Counted from the stretch's first letter, positions 37,898 to 47,787 are shown. The stretch: 64,000 nucleotides of DNA from an uncultured Thermoplasmata archaeon (GCA_963768855.1 CAVYJM010000006.1:256001-320000), one strand, 5' to 3'. Made by a program: numbers and translations. The notes: generated from the sequence alone by a model not told the origin.

Positions 37898-37970
37898 GGG
37901 CCCGTGGTCTAGTGGCTATGACGCGACTCTTACAAAGTCGAGATCGTCGGTTCGATTCCGGCCGGGCCCA
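37898..37970 (+). tRNA. tRNA-Val(TAC), no intron, CCA not encoded
   Basis: GGGCCCG/CGGGCCC acceptor stem, CGACT-CTTACAA-AGTCG anticodon arm, GTTCGATTC T-loop, TTAAGG about 30 nt upstream. Confidence 0.95.
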
Positions 37971-38018
37971 TGCTCGTCACGGTTTCCGCGACCGATCTCT
38001 CGAGTTCAGGCGGGCGTG

Positions 38019-38315
38019 CTATTCGTAGACGGCCGGAGCAGGCCCAAGAGTCTCTCCCTCGGGCTTCTCGACGGGCGTGAATTCCTGTGAGTTGCCCTCG
38101 ATGAAGGAGGCCGTCCGCTCCACGCCCGGGAGGTGACGGATATGGTTCGTCAGGACTCTCGCGAGCTCCTGCGTGGAGTCCGCCTCGACCTCGAGGAGAT
38201 ACTCGTAGTCGTCGAACAGATAGAAGACATGGCGCACTTGCTGGATCGCGCCGAGGTTGCTGAAGAACTCCGGTTCCTTTCCGGGCGCCACATTTGCGAG
38301 GACGAAACCCCACAT
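38019..38315 (-). CDS. Stand-alone Lrp/AsnC ligand-binding domain protein
   Basis: GFVLANV.PGKE...V...F..YEYLLEVEA...IR.LPGVERT.SFI; no HTH. Confidence 0.85.
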   Translation of the reverse strand: MWGFVLANVAPGKEPEFFSNLGAIQQVRHVFYLFDDYEYLLEVEADSTQELARVLTNHIRHLPGVERTASFIEGNSQEFTPVEKPEGETLGPAPAVYE

Positions 38316-38596
38316 GCTCTCAATCCATCCGGGAGGGCCGTTACCGCTCCCGACATGTATGCTAGGGTCTCGCACGCCGATGGACATTTCCAATATATTC
38401 CTGTAATTTCGATTCTGAAGAAAGTTCTAATATGTAGTTCAGGGCCGCAGGCATTTACTCGTTGTACGAGCGCGGCCACGGTCCGCGCGGCGGCCGTCAC
38501 GGCCCGATTCGTCGGCGAGCCGCTACCGCACACCCGTACTGTTCGGGCGGCAGGTTTAACCCTCGCACGAGCGATGGACATCTCCTGGGCAAGACC

Positions 38597-38824
38597 ATGT
38601 GTCTCGGGATTCCTGCTCGCGTACTGTCGGTGGATGGGTCCCAGGCTACCCTCGACCTCCGGGGGAGGAAGATCGTTGCGGACGCCAGCATGGTCGATGT
38701 GTCGCCGGGAGACTACGTGGTGAATTACGCGGGTCTGATCGTCCAGGTGCTCACTCGCGACGAGGCCGAGGAGACCCTGCGGCTCCTCGAGCAGGCGGAA
38801 CAGGACGGGCAGGTCTCGCGCTGA
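38597..38824 (+). CDS. hypC: Hydrogenase maturation chaperone HypC
   Basis: MCLGIPARV...VSPGDYVVNYAG. Confidence 0.9.
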   Translation: MCLGIPARVLSVDGSQATLDLRGRKIVADASMVDVSPGDYVVNYAGLIVQVLTRDEAEETLRLLEQAEQDGQVSR

Positions 38825-39202
38825 ACGTCGCTCCCATCGGGTCCGATCCTCCGAGGTCCTGGAATATACCTCCGTTCGGAAATAATTTCACCCGGCCGAA
38901 AATACCTTCTCAGAAGCGAAGTGTATAGACAACCATCAAAGTCCCTCAGACGGCTCCTCGTGACATCGTGTCGCAAGGTGCGGAAACTCTGTCCTGACGG
39001 AAGCGATGGCATGGGGCGGGTCCCGCAGGCGCATGAGGGGGCTTTGGGACTCTGAGCCGGCCGAGGGCGATGGACCACCGGAGCGCGGAGGCAGGATCCC
39101 CTCTCCCCATCCCACACCCGGTCCCCCGTCGAACGCGACTGTTACGGCGCCGTGGGTTTCCCGCCCGCGCGTCGCCGCTTGTACCGAGAGGGGCGTGGTC
39201 CA

Positions 39203-39829
39203 TTGGATGTCGTTCGGACCGTTAAGTACGAAGAGGAGCTGGACGCAGACTTCGCGAACCGGGTCGCCGCCGAGCCGGGTGGGGAGGCGATCTGGGGTTG
39301 TCTCCAGTGTGGCACATGCTCCGCGATTTGTCCGGTCTCCGTCTACATGGACCGGACGCCGCGTCGAATCATCGGCCTCATCCGTGGGGGATTCCGGGAC
39401 GAGGTCTTGGGGTCCCTCTCTATTTGGATTTGCACATCGTGCTACGCCTGCACGGTGGAGTGTCCGCAGAAGATCCGGATCACGGACATCATGTACATCG
39501 TCAAGCGCATGGCGATGAAGGAGACGACCTACCACCGGTTCGTCGTGCCCGCGGTGGAGGAAGCCTTCGTGAAGATGGTGCGGAAGAACGGCCGTCTCAC
39601 GGAGAGCCGCATGGGGATCAAGGTCGTGCGGAAGTCTGGCCTCCGTTCGGGTCTCGCGATGTTCCCGATTGCCTGGAAGCTCATGCGGAAGCACCGGATG
39701 CGGTTCCTCCACGTCGAGCGGATGGAGGATCCCGCCTCGCTCCGGGTGGTCCTGGACGCCCTCGAGGCGAACAAGTCCGGGCCTCAAGAGGCCGGGAGCG
39801 CTCCCGCCACGGGGCCGGTGGGAGCATGA
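39203..39829 (+). CDS. hdrC: Heterodisulfide reductase subunit C
   Basis: CLQCGTCSAICP and CTSCYACTVECP; probable TTG start after GAGAGGGG. Confidence 0.88.
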   Translation: MDVVRTVKYEEELDADFANRVAAEPGGEAIWGCLQCGTCSAICPVSVYMDRTPRRIIGLIRGGFRDEVLGSLSIWICTSCYACTVECPQKIRITDIMYIVKRMAMKETTYHRFVVPAVEEAFVKMVRKNGRLTESRMGIKVVRKSGLRSGLAMFPIAWKLMRKHRMRFLHVERMEDPASLRVVLDALEANKSGPQEAGSAPATGPVGA

Positions 39830-40704
39830 GCGACTACCTCTACTACCCGGGCTGCAGCCTCAAGGGCTCCGGCGCTCCCTACGAGAAGTCGCTCCTCGCG
39901 GTGTTCGGTGCCCTCGGGCAGAAGCTCACCGAGATTCCGAACTGGAACTGCTGCGGGGCGACCGCGTACCTCTCCGTCGACGCGGACATGGCCATCACGC
40001 TCGCGGCGCGCAACCTCGCTCTCGCCGAGCGGGTCGATGGGCAGGACGTCGTCGCCCCCTGCAGCGGTTGCTACCTCTCGCTAACGAAGGCGCGGGCGAT
40101 GCTCGCGGAGTATCCTGACGTCCGCGCGCGGGTGACGGAAGCCCTCGCGAAGGGGAACCTGTCCTACGACGGGCGGGTGGCCGTACGCCATCCCCTCGAC
40201 GTCCTCCTGACCGATGTGGGCGCGGACGCGCTCCGGAAGCGCGTGGTCCGGCCTTTGAAGAACCTCCGGGTGGCGCCCTACTACGGATGCGCGATCCTGC
40301 GTCCGTACCCGGGCGTGCCGGACGCCCAGACCCCCCACAGCCTCGAAGACCTCTGCCGGATCGTCGGCGCGATCCCGGTGGACTATCCCCAGAAGGCCCG
40401 CTGTTGCGGTGGCATGCTGACCTCCGGCGTGCCGGGCGTCGGGCTGCGCCTTGTCGAGATCCTCCTTTGCGAGGCGAAGGCGGCGGACGCCGACGCGGTC
40501 GTCACGACGTGTCCCCTGTGCCAGTACAACCTCGAGGTCTATCAGGACCGCCTCTGCAAGGCCAAGGGCAACGACCTCCGAGTGCCCATCCTCTACTTCA
40601 CCCAGATGCTCGGCATGGCGTTCGGGCTGGACGACCACGCCCTCGGGATGGACCAGCTCCTGCGCGTCCCACTCGTCGCGCCCTGCGCGGGGGTGAAGGC
40701 ATGA
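39826..40704 (+). CDS. hdrB: Heterodisulfide reductase subunit B
   Basis: Two CCG domains: YYPGC, NCCGA, PCSGC, YYGC, CCGG, CPLCQYNL. Confidence 0.92.
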   Translation: MSDYLYYPGCSLKGSGAPYEKSLLAVFGALGQKLTEIPNWNCCGATAYLSVDADMAITLAARNLALAERVDGQDVVAPCSGCYLSLTKARAMLAEYPDVRARVTEALAKGNLSYDGRVAVRHPLDVLLTDVGADALRKRVVRPLKNLRVAPYYGCAILRPYPGVPDAQTPHSLEDLCRIVGAIPVDYPQKARCCGGMLTSGVPGVGLRLVEILLCEAKAADADAVVTTCPLCQYNLEVYQDRLCKAKGNDLRVPILYFTQMLGMAFGLDDHALGMDQLLRVPLVAPCAGVKA

Positions 40705-42689
40705 GCGCAGACGACGAGTCCCCCCGGATCGGCGTTTTCGTTTGCGACTGCGGTTTCAACATCCTGGGGGTCGTGGACGTTCCCGCCGTCGTGAAGTATG
40801 CCGCCACCCTGGAGAACGTCGTCCACGCGGAGGAGTACAAGTACATGTGCTCCGACCCGGGCCAAGACCTCATCAAGAAGGCGATCCGGGAGCAGAGGCT
40901 GAACCGCGTGGTCGTCGCCTCGTGCACACCGACCCTCCACGAACGCACGTTCCGCCGGGTCGTTTCGGAGGCCGGCGTAAACCCCTTCCTGTTCAACATG
41001 GTGAACATTCGCGAGGGGGTCTCCTGGGTCACCATCGACACGAAGCAGGCGACGGAGAAGGCGGAGGCCCTCATCGATGCCGGCGTCAGGAGGGTCACGC
41101 TCCAGGAACCCCTTGAGGCCCGCTCGGAGCCCGTGGACCCGAACGTCCTCATCATCGGCGGCGGGATCGCGGGGATGCACGCGGCCCTCTCCCTCGCGAA
41201 CGCGAACCGGGGAGCGAAGGTGCATCTCGTCGAGCGCCAGCCCTCGATCGGCGGGAATATGGCCCGTTTCGACAAGACGTTCCCGACCCTGGACTGCGCC
41301 TCGTGCATCCTCACCCCGAAGATGACCGAGGTGAAGATCCACCCGAACATCCATCTCCACTCGTACTCCGAGGTCGTCGCCGTCGATGGGTACGTCGGCA
41401 ATTTCGACATCACGATCGAGCACAAGCCGCGGTACATCAACGAGGACCTGTGCATCGGCTGTCTCAAGTGCATCGAGGCCTGCGTCTACAGAGACGCCCG
41501 CTTCCCGAACGAGTTCGACCTGGGGCTCGCGAAGCGCAGGCCGATTTACATCCCATTCCCGCAGGCCGTCCCCACGAAGGTTGTCATCGACCCGCACGAC
41601 TGCCTGTACCTGAAGCTGGGGACGTGCAAGAAGACCTGCATCGACGCATGCGAGAAGGACGCGATCGATCTGGAGCAGAAGCCCGACCGGGTGAACCTCA
41701 AGGTGGGTACGATCATCGTGGCGACGGGCTTCAAGCCCTTCGACGCGAGGCGCAAGCCCCAGTACGGCTACGGCGTCCTGCCAAACGTGTACACGGCCCT
41801 CGAGATGGAGCGTTTCCTCGCCCCGACGGGTCCGACGGAGGGGATGCCGCGCCTCCAGGACGGGCGCATGCCTGAGACCGTCGGCATCATCCATTGCGTC
41901 GGCTCGCGGGACCGGAACACGAACGAGTACTGCTCGAAGGTCTGCTGCATGTACTCGCTCAAGCTCGCCCACCTCATCAAGGAGCGGACCGGGGCCGAGG
42001 TCTACAACTTCTACATCGACATGCGGACGCCGGGGAAGGGCTACGAGGAGTTCTACGAGCGCCTCCTCGACGAGGGCCTGAAGCTGATTCGGGGCCGCGT
42101 GGCGGAGGTCACGACCGCCGCGCTCACGAGGGCGGAGAAGGGCCACCTGATCATCCGCGCGGAGGACACCCTCGCGGGATTCGTCCGCCGCATCCCGGTG
42201 GACATGGTCGTCCTCGCCGTCGGCCTGGAGCCGCAGTCGGACACCCAGGAGCTCCGCCGGATGCTGAACCTCTCCTGCGGCAGCGAAGGGTTCCTCCAAG
42301 AACTCCACCCCAAGCTCGCACCCGTCTCGACCGCCACGGACGGGATCTTCATTGCGGGAGCCTGCCAGGGTCCCAAGGACATTCCGGAGACCGTGGCCCA
42401 GGCCGGGTCCGCGGCGAGCGAGGCCCTCGCCCTCATCCACCGCGGTGTGGTCGAGATCCAGCCGTACACGGCGGTCGTCGACGAGACCCTCTGCTCCGGC
42501 TGCAAGGTCTGCATCGGGATGTGTCCGTACGACGCGATCACGTACGACGAGGAGAAGAAGATCGTCCAGGTGCGCGAGGTGAAGTGCAAGGGCTGCGGCG
42601 TCTGTGCCGCGGCCTGCCCCACCGGCGCCATGGACCAGAAGCACTTCCGGAAGGAGCTCGTGTTCGCCGAGATCGCGGGGGTGATCTAG
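40701..42689 (+). CDS. hdrA: Heterodisulfide reductase subunit A (flavin-based bifurcating subunit)
   Basis: GVFVCDCG, GGGIAG, DKTFPTLDCASCILTP, YCSKVCCMY, IDMRTPG, GACQGPKDIP, ferredoxin motifs; no in-frame TGA. Confidence 0.95.
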   Translation: MSADDESPRIGVFVCDCGFNILGVVDVPAVVKYAATLENVVHAEEYKYMCSDPGQDLIKKAIREQRLNRVVVASCTPTLHERTFRRVVSEAGVNPFLFNMVNIREGVSWVTIDTKQATEKAEALIDAGVRRVTLQEPLEARSEPVDPNVLIIGGGIAGMHAALSLANANRGAKVHLVERQPSIGGNMARFDKTFPTLDCASCILTPKMTEVKIHPNIHLHSYSEVVAVDGYVGNFDITIEHKPRYINEDLCIGCLKCIEACVYRDARFPNEFDLGLAKRRPIYIPFPQAVPTKVVIDPHDCLYLKLGTCKKTCIDACEKDAIDLEQKPDRVNLKVGTIIVATGFKPFDARRKPQYGYGVLPNVYTALEMERFLAPTGPTEGMPRLQDGRMPETVGIIHCVGSRDRNTNEYCSKVCCMYSLKLAHLIKERTGAEVYNFYIDMRTPGKGYEEFYERLLDEGLKLIRGRVAEVTTAALTRAEKGHLIIRAEDTLAGFVRRIPVDMVVLAVGLEPQSDTQELRRMLNLSCGSEGFLQELHPKLAPVSTATDGIFIAGACQGPKDIPETVAQAGSAASEALALIHRGVVEIQPYTAVVDETLCSGCKVCIGMCPYDAITYDEEKKIVQVREVKCKGCGVCAAACPTGAMDQKHFRKELVFAEIAGVI

Positions 42690-43136
42690 ATGGCGGTGGC
42701 CTTGGAGCAGCCCAAGGAGACGAAGGAGACCTGGGAACCGCGGATCGTCGCGTTCTTCTGCAACTGGTGCACCTACGCGGCCGCCGACCTCGCCGGGATT
42801 TCTCGCGTCAAGTACGCGCCGAGCATGCGGATCGTCCGCGTGATGTGCTCCGGCCGCATCGACCCGTCCTTCGTCCTCGAGGCGTTCCGCGACGGGGCGG
42901 ACGGGGTCCTCATCGGCGGCTGCAACCCAGGCGACTGCCACTACAAGGAGGGCAACTACAAGACGATGCGTCGGGCGATCCTCCTCTCCGAGATGCTCGA
43001 GGACCTGGGCATCGAGAAGGAGCGCTTCCGACTCGAATGGATCTGCGCCTCCTGTGCGCGCGAGCTCCAGGTGACCGTGAACAAGATGACGGAGGACCTC
43101 AAGCGCCTCGGCCCGCTCAACTGGCAGGGGGTCTGA
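42690..43136 (+). CDS. mvhD: Hydrogenase iron-sulfur subunit MvhD
   Basis: FFCNWCTYAAADLAG, VMCSGRID, GCNPGDCHY. Confidence 0.94.
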   Translation: MAVALEQPKETKETWEPRIVAFFCNWCTYAAADLAGISRVKYAPSMRIVRVMCSGRIDPSFVLEAFRDGADGVLIGGCNPGDCHYKEGNYKTMRRAILLSEMLEDLGIEKERFRLEWICASCARELQVTVNKMTEDLKRLGPLNWQGV

Positions 43137-43137
43137 C

Positions 43138-44115
43138 ATGGCCTCCAAGCCGAAGGTTGCATTCTACTGGTGCGCGAGCTGCGGGGGCTGCGAGGAGGCC
43201 GTCGTCGACCTCGCGGAGAAGATTCTCGATGTGGTCGCGGCCGTGGACATCGTGTTCTGGCCCGTCGCCCTCGATTTCAAGCTGAGCGACGTCGAGGCCC
43301 TCCCGGACAAGTCCATCGCCGTGAGTTTCATCAACGGCGCGATCCGCACATCCGAGCAGGAGGAGATGGCGAAGCTGCTCCGCCGCAAGTCCGGCCTCGT
43401 CGTGGCCTTTGGGAGCTGCTCTCATCTCGGCGGCATCCCCGGGCTCGCGAACCTGACGGACCGCGAGTCCATCTTCGACTGGTACTATTCGAAGGCGCCC
43501 TCCATGGAAGCGGGCGCCGCGACGCGACCCGTGACCCACATCAAGGTGCCTGAGGGCGAGCTCGAGCTCCCCGAATTCTGGGACGCCGTGAAGAGCCTGA
43601 ACCAGGTCATTGACGTGGACTACTACCTGCCGGGCTGCCCGCCGACGCCGAAGCTGATCGGGAACGCGGTCCAGGCGATCCTCACGGGCCAGCTCCCGCC
43701 CAAGGGCGCGGTCCTCGCCGGGACGCGGGCCCTGTGCAGCGAGTGCAGGCTCAACGAGACCAAACCCGACAAGCTCCTTATCAAAGACCTCAAGCGGATC
43801 ACGGAGGTCCGGCTCGACCCCAACACCTGCTACCTCGCCCAGGGCGTGCTCTGCTTGGGCCCGGTGACCCGGAGCGGTTGCGAGGCCCTCTGCATCGAGG
43901 GCCTCATGCCCTGCACCGGCTGCTTCGGCCCCTTGCAGGAGGCGCCCGACTACGGGGGAAAGGCCCTTTCCTTCGTCGCCTCGATCGTCGACCTCCAGGA
44001 CCCGGCGGAGGCGAAGAAGGTCCTGGGCAAGGTCGCGGACCCGGCGGGAATCTTCTACCGCTACTCCCTCCCGACGTCGAAACTCGGGCGGAAGAAACCC
44101 AGGAGGCGGACGTGA
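43138..44115 (+). CDS. mvhG: [NiFe] hydrogenase small subunit MvhG
   Basis: CASCGGCE, FGSC...GGIPGLAN, PGCPP, CLGPVTRSGC, PCTGCFGP. Confidence 0.92.
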   Translation: MASKPKVAFYWCASCGGCEEAVVDLAEKILDVVAAVDIVFWPVALDFKLSDVEALPDKSIAVSFINGAIRTSEQEEMAKLLRRKSGLVVAFGSCSHLGGIPGLANLTDRESIFDWYYSKAPSMEAGAATRPVTHIKVPEGELELPEFWDAVKSLNQVIDVDYYLPGCPPTPKLIGNAVQAILTGQLPPKGAVLAGTRALCSECRLNETKPDKLLIKDLKRITEVRLDPNTCYLAQGVLCLGPVTRSGCEALCIEGLMPCTGCFGPLQEAPDYGGKALSFVASIVDLQDPAEAKKVLGKVADPAGIFYRYSLPTSKLGRKKPRRRT

Positions 44116-44116
44116 C

Positions 44117-45583
44117 ATGAGCGAACCGGTTGTCGTGAACCCGATCACGCGTTTGGAAGGCCATGGGAAGATCTCGATCTTCCTCGACGACGCGGGGGAG
44201 GTCCAGCGGGCCTACTTCCAGATCCCGGAGCTCCGGGGTTTCGAGAGCTTCCTTGTCGGCCGGCGCGCGGAGGATGCTCCCCAGATCACCTCGCGCATCT
44301 GCGGCGTCTGTCCCACCGCCCACCACATGGCCGCCACGAAGGCCCTGGACGACCTGTACAAGGTCGACCCGCCCGAGGTCGCGAAGAAGATCCGAGAGAT
44401 GGTCTACAGCGTCTTCATGATGGAAGACCACGCCCTCCATCTCTTCTTCCTGGGCGGACCGGACTTCGTCGTGGGGCCGACCGCCCCGAAGGCGGACCGC
44501 AACATCGTCGGCGTGATCCAGAAGGCGGGGCTCGAGATCGGCAAGCGGGTCATCGCCATGCGGAAGGACCTGCGCTCGATTATCACCGAGGTCGGAGGCA
44601 AGGTCATCCACCCCGTCCTCGGCCTGCCCGGCGGAGTGGCGAAGCCCGTGACGGAGGAGATGCGCGCACGCTTCAAGGAGGTCGCGGACCGCGGACTGGA
44701 CTTCGCCCTGTTCTGCGAGAAGCTCCTGGAAGACGTCGTCCTGGGCAACGAGGCCTACGTGAAGGCGATCACCTCGGACGCGTACACGCACCGCACGTAC
44801 TACATGGGCCTCGTGGACCAGCGGAACCATGGCAACTTCTACGACGGACAGCTCCGCGTTGTCAGCCCCACGGGAGCCGAGGTGCTCAAGTTCCCGGCGC
44901 GGGACTATCTCCAGCACTTGGCCGAGCATGCGGAGCCGTGGACCTACGTCAAGTTCCCGTACCTCAAGCGGTACGGATGGAAGGGGTTCGTCGACGGCGA
45001 GGCGAGCGGGATCTACAGTGTTGCGCCCCTGGCGCGTCTGAACGTCGAGGACGGCATGGCGACCCCACGGGCCGCGGAGCTCTACGAGAAGTTCTTCTCG
45101 GTCCTGGGTGGGAGGCCCGTCCACCACACCCTCGCGAACCACTGGGCCCGGGTGGTCGAGATCGTCTACGCCGCGGAGAGGCTCCAGGAGCTCGTCAACG
45201 ACCCGGTCCTCACGGACCCGAACACACGCGTCCTCCCGACGGAGATCCCGAAGGAGGGCATCGCTGCCGTCGAGGCGCCGCGTGGCGTGCTGATCCACCA
45301 CTACACGAGCGACGACCGCGGCGTCCTGACCTCCGCGAACCTCCTCGTGGCCACTCAGCATAACTCCGCCCGCATTGCGATGTCCGTCGACAAGGCCGCG
45401 CGGTCCATGATTCACAAGGGCGTCGTCGACGATGGCATCCTCAACCAGGTCGAGATGGCGTTTCGCGCCTACGACCCGTGCCACGCCTGCGCGACCCACT
45501 CCCTGCCGGGCCACATGCCCCTCATCGTCCAGGTGCACGACCATGAGGGTCAGGTCGTGCAGGAGTTCAAGCGGGACGGCTAG
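44117..45583 (+). CDS. mvhA: [NiFe] hydrogenase large subunit MvhA (group 3c-like)
   Basis: TRLEGHG, RICGVC (L1), EAPRG, RAYDPCHACATH (L2) with a cleavable C-terminal extension. Confidence 0.94.
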   Translation: MSEPVVVNPITRLEGHGKISIFLDDAGEVQRAYFQIPELRGFESFLVGRRAEDAPQITSRICGVCPTAHHMAATKALDDLYKVDPPEVAKKIREMVYSVFMMEDHALHLFFLGGPDFVVGPTAPKADRNIVGVIQKAGLEIGKRVIAMRKDLRSIITEVGGKVIHPVLGLPGGVAKPVTEEMRARFKEVADRGLDFALFCEKLLEDVVLGNEAYVKAITSDAYTHRTYYMGLVDQRNHGNFYDGQLRVVSPTGAEVLKFPARDYLQHLAEHAEPWTYVKFPYLKRYGWKGFVDGEASGIYSVAPLARLNVEDGMATPRAAELYEKFFSVLGGRPVHHTLANHWARVVEIVYAAERLQELVNDPVLTDPNTRVLPTEIPKEGIAAVEAPRGVLIHHYTSDDRGVLTSANLLVATQHNSARIAMSVDKAARSMIHKGVVDDGILNQVEMAFRAYDPCHACATHSLPGHMPLIVQVHDHEGQVVQEFKRDG

Positions 45584-45585
45584 GC

Positions 45586-46080
45586 ATGGCACTCGTCATC
45601 CTTGGCCTCGGCAACGACCTCCTCGGCGACGACGGGATCGGACTGCTCGCCGCCGAAGCCCTCCGGGGCTGCGGCGGACCGGATGTGTCCGTCCGGACCA
45701 CGGCCCAGTCCGGGCTCTACCTCCTCGAATTCCTCCAGGGATTCGACGACGCGATCGTCGTGGACTCGGTTGTCGGCGACCGCCCGGGAGCCGTCCGCGA
45801 GCTGCGAGGGGCGGACCTGCAGCCGGTCTCCGTCCCCTCGGCGCACTACGTGGGCCTGCCCGAGGCGCTCTCCCTCGCCCGTGCGTCCGGTCTCCGCGTC
45901 CCCGCTCGCCTCCGGATTTTCGGCGTCGAGATTGACGTCGCCCAACAGATCGGGTCCGAACCGAGTTCCGCCGTGGCCGCATCCCTCCCGGGACTCGTCG
46001 CAGCGGTCGTCCAAGCCGCGCGCGACTGGGGGTACGCGATCGGCTCGCCTGCCCCACCGGAGGCGGTCCCCGATGCATGA
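45586..46080 (+). CDS. Hydrogenase maturation endopeptidase
   Basis: GLGNDLLGDDGIG, IVVDS, SAH motifs. Confidence 0.9.
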   Translation: MALVILGLGNDLLGDDGIGLLAAEALRGCGGPDVSVRTTAQSGLYLLEFLQGFDDAIVVDSVVGDRPGAVRELRGADLQPVSVPSAHYVGLPEALSLARASGLRVPARLRIFGVEIDVAQQIGSEPSSAVAASLPGLVAAVVQAARDWGYAIGSPAPPEAVPDA

Positions 46081-46483
46081 GTACGGCCTCATGCAAGACG
46101 TGGTGAACCTCGCCCTCGAGGCCTGCCGGGACGAGGGGGCCGGTGACGCCTTGCGCGTGCGGATCCAAGTCGGTGAGTTCGCCGTCGCGGACCGGGAATC
46201 CCTCGAGACCGCGTACGAAATCCTCACTCAGGGGACGCGCCTCCAGGGGTCCTCCCTGGAGATCTCCGAGGCGCGCGGCCACGCGGTGTGTCAGGCATGC
46301 GGGTTCGAAGGGTCCGCCGCGGACCTCGGGGACGAGCTCAGCGAGCCCCCTGCCCTGCTCCTCTGCCCCCGGTGCGGCTTCCCTCTCCTCGTGACGGCCG
46401 GGGCGGGCATCACCCTCCTCGGCGTACAGCTTCAGGATCGCGGGCGCCCGACGGAAAGGGTCCCGGGCCACGGAGGGCGTTAA
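46073..46483 (+). CDS. hypA: Hydrogenase nickel chaperone HypA
   Basis: MHEYGL, CQACG...CPRCG. Confidence 0.92.
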   Translation: MHEYGLMQDVVNLALEACRDEGAGDALRVRIQVGEFAVADRESLETAYEILTQGTRLQGSSLEISEARGHAVCQACGFEGSAADLGDELSEPPALLLCPRCGFPLLVTAGAGITLLGVQLQDRGRPTERVPGHGGR

Positions 46484-46609
46484 TGGCCTCATCACCCGTC
46501 CTCGTGTCCGGTGCCGCAGTTCGGGCCACCGCGGTCCTATCTTGGGGGATCTGGGCGTGCTCGGGGTGGTCCCCTCCGCTTCGCTCGTCCAATCGGTTGA
46601 GAGGGTGAC

Positions 46610-47581
46610 ATGGTGTCGGCGTCCAAGTCCGTGGCAGCGAACTCGGCCCTGGGTCCGGGGATCGTGCTGGTGCTCGTGACCGTCGTGATCAGCGGCGTCT
46701 CGAACTTCGTGAACTTCCGGGCCGTGCAGGGCACCAACGTGGACGCCTGGATTGCCGTGCGGAACGCGGCCGTCGCCCTGATGCTCGTGCCGCTGGCCTG
46801 GTTCGCGGGAACCGGCCTTCGCGTGCGGCCGACCCGCACGCAGTGGGCCCAGCTCGCCTCGATCGGCCTGATCGGGGGCGCGGTCCCCTTCCTCCTCTAC
46901 TTCCACGGCTTCCAGATGGCCCTCGGCCAGGGAGGCGCCGCGGTAGCGAGTTTCGGCTACCGGAGCCTCTTCCTCGTGGCGACCCTCCTCGGCGTCGTGG
47001 TCCTGAGGGAAAGGCTATCCCGAAGGTTCCTCGCCGCCGCTGGGATTCTGATCGCGGGCAACGCCCTCCTTCTCTCCCTCTCCGGCCCAATCTGGACGGA
47101 CGGGACGGGGTACGTCCTCCTGGCCACGGCCCTCTGGGCGGTTGAGTACACGATGTCCAAGCGCGCGCTCCGTGCCCTCCCCTCCGGCACGGTCGCCTTG
47201 GGCCGCATGGGGTTCGGCGCCCTCTTCCTGCTGGTGTACCTCGGCCTCACGGGCCAGGCGCATGCGATCGCCGGGTTCGCGGGTGCGGACTGGATGACCC
47301 TGTTCCTGAGCGCTTTGCTCCTCTTTGCCTTCGTCGCGACGTGGTACGCAGGCCTCCGGACCGTGGACCTCTCCGTAGCGAGCTCCCTGCTCGTCCTCGC
47401 ATTCCCCATCACCTTTGCCCTCGGCGTCCTCACCTCGGGGAGCGCCTTTTCGCTCGGGCAGGCCGTGGGCGCGGCAGCCATCGCCTTGGGCGTCGGGATC
47501 GTCCTCGGGATGGCCTCCCTGCGCCGCGCGTGGGCTGCGCTCGTCTTGCGGATCCGTTCGCGGGCCGCCCGCACGGGGTGA
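46610..47581 (+). CDS. EamA/DMT family transporter
   Basis: About ten hydrophobic helices, VVVLRERLS motif. Confidence 0.85.
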   Translation: MVSASKSVAANSALGPGIVLVLVTVVISGVSNFVNFRAVQGTNVDAWIAVRNAAVALMLVPLAWFAGTGLRVRPTRTQWAQLASIGLIGGAVPFLLYFHGFQMALGQGGAAVASFGYRSLFLVATLLGVVVLRERLSRRFLAAAGILIAGNALLLSLSGPIWTDGTGYVLLATALWAVEYTMSKRALRALPSGTVALGRMGFGALFLLVYLGLTGQAHAIAGFAGADWMTLFLSALLLFAFVATWYAGLRTVDLSVASSLLVLAFPITFALGVLTSGSAFSLGQAVGAAAIALGVGIVLGMASLRRAWAALVLRIRSRAARTG

Positions 47582-47787
47582 GTCGTGCTTCCCTCCGGAC
47601 GCCGGCCCCGGGCAAGCATCCCTCTTCCCACGGCATTCTCGGTAGCGGAGGTTACGGAAGTAAGGGAACCGCGCTAGTGCGGTCAACGGACGATGCATCC
47701 GCGCATTCTCGCCTCGGAGGGACGTTTCCGCAATCGTAGCACCACGGGTCATCCTTCTCGCTCGGCCAGGGCCCTCGGGAGGTCCTG

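Noticed and set aside
40701-45583. Selenocysteine recoding in HdrA, MvhD or MvhA
   Set aside because: All relevant positions are Cys codons and there is no in-frame TGA.
47582-47787. Possible ncRNA or small ORF between the DMT gene and the pseudo-protease
   Set aside because: No recognisable RNA motif; the short ORFs are not protein-like.
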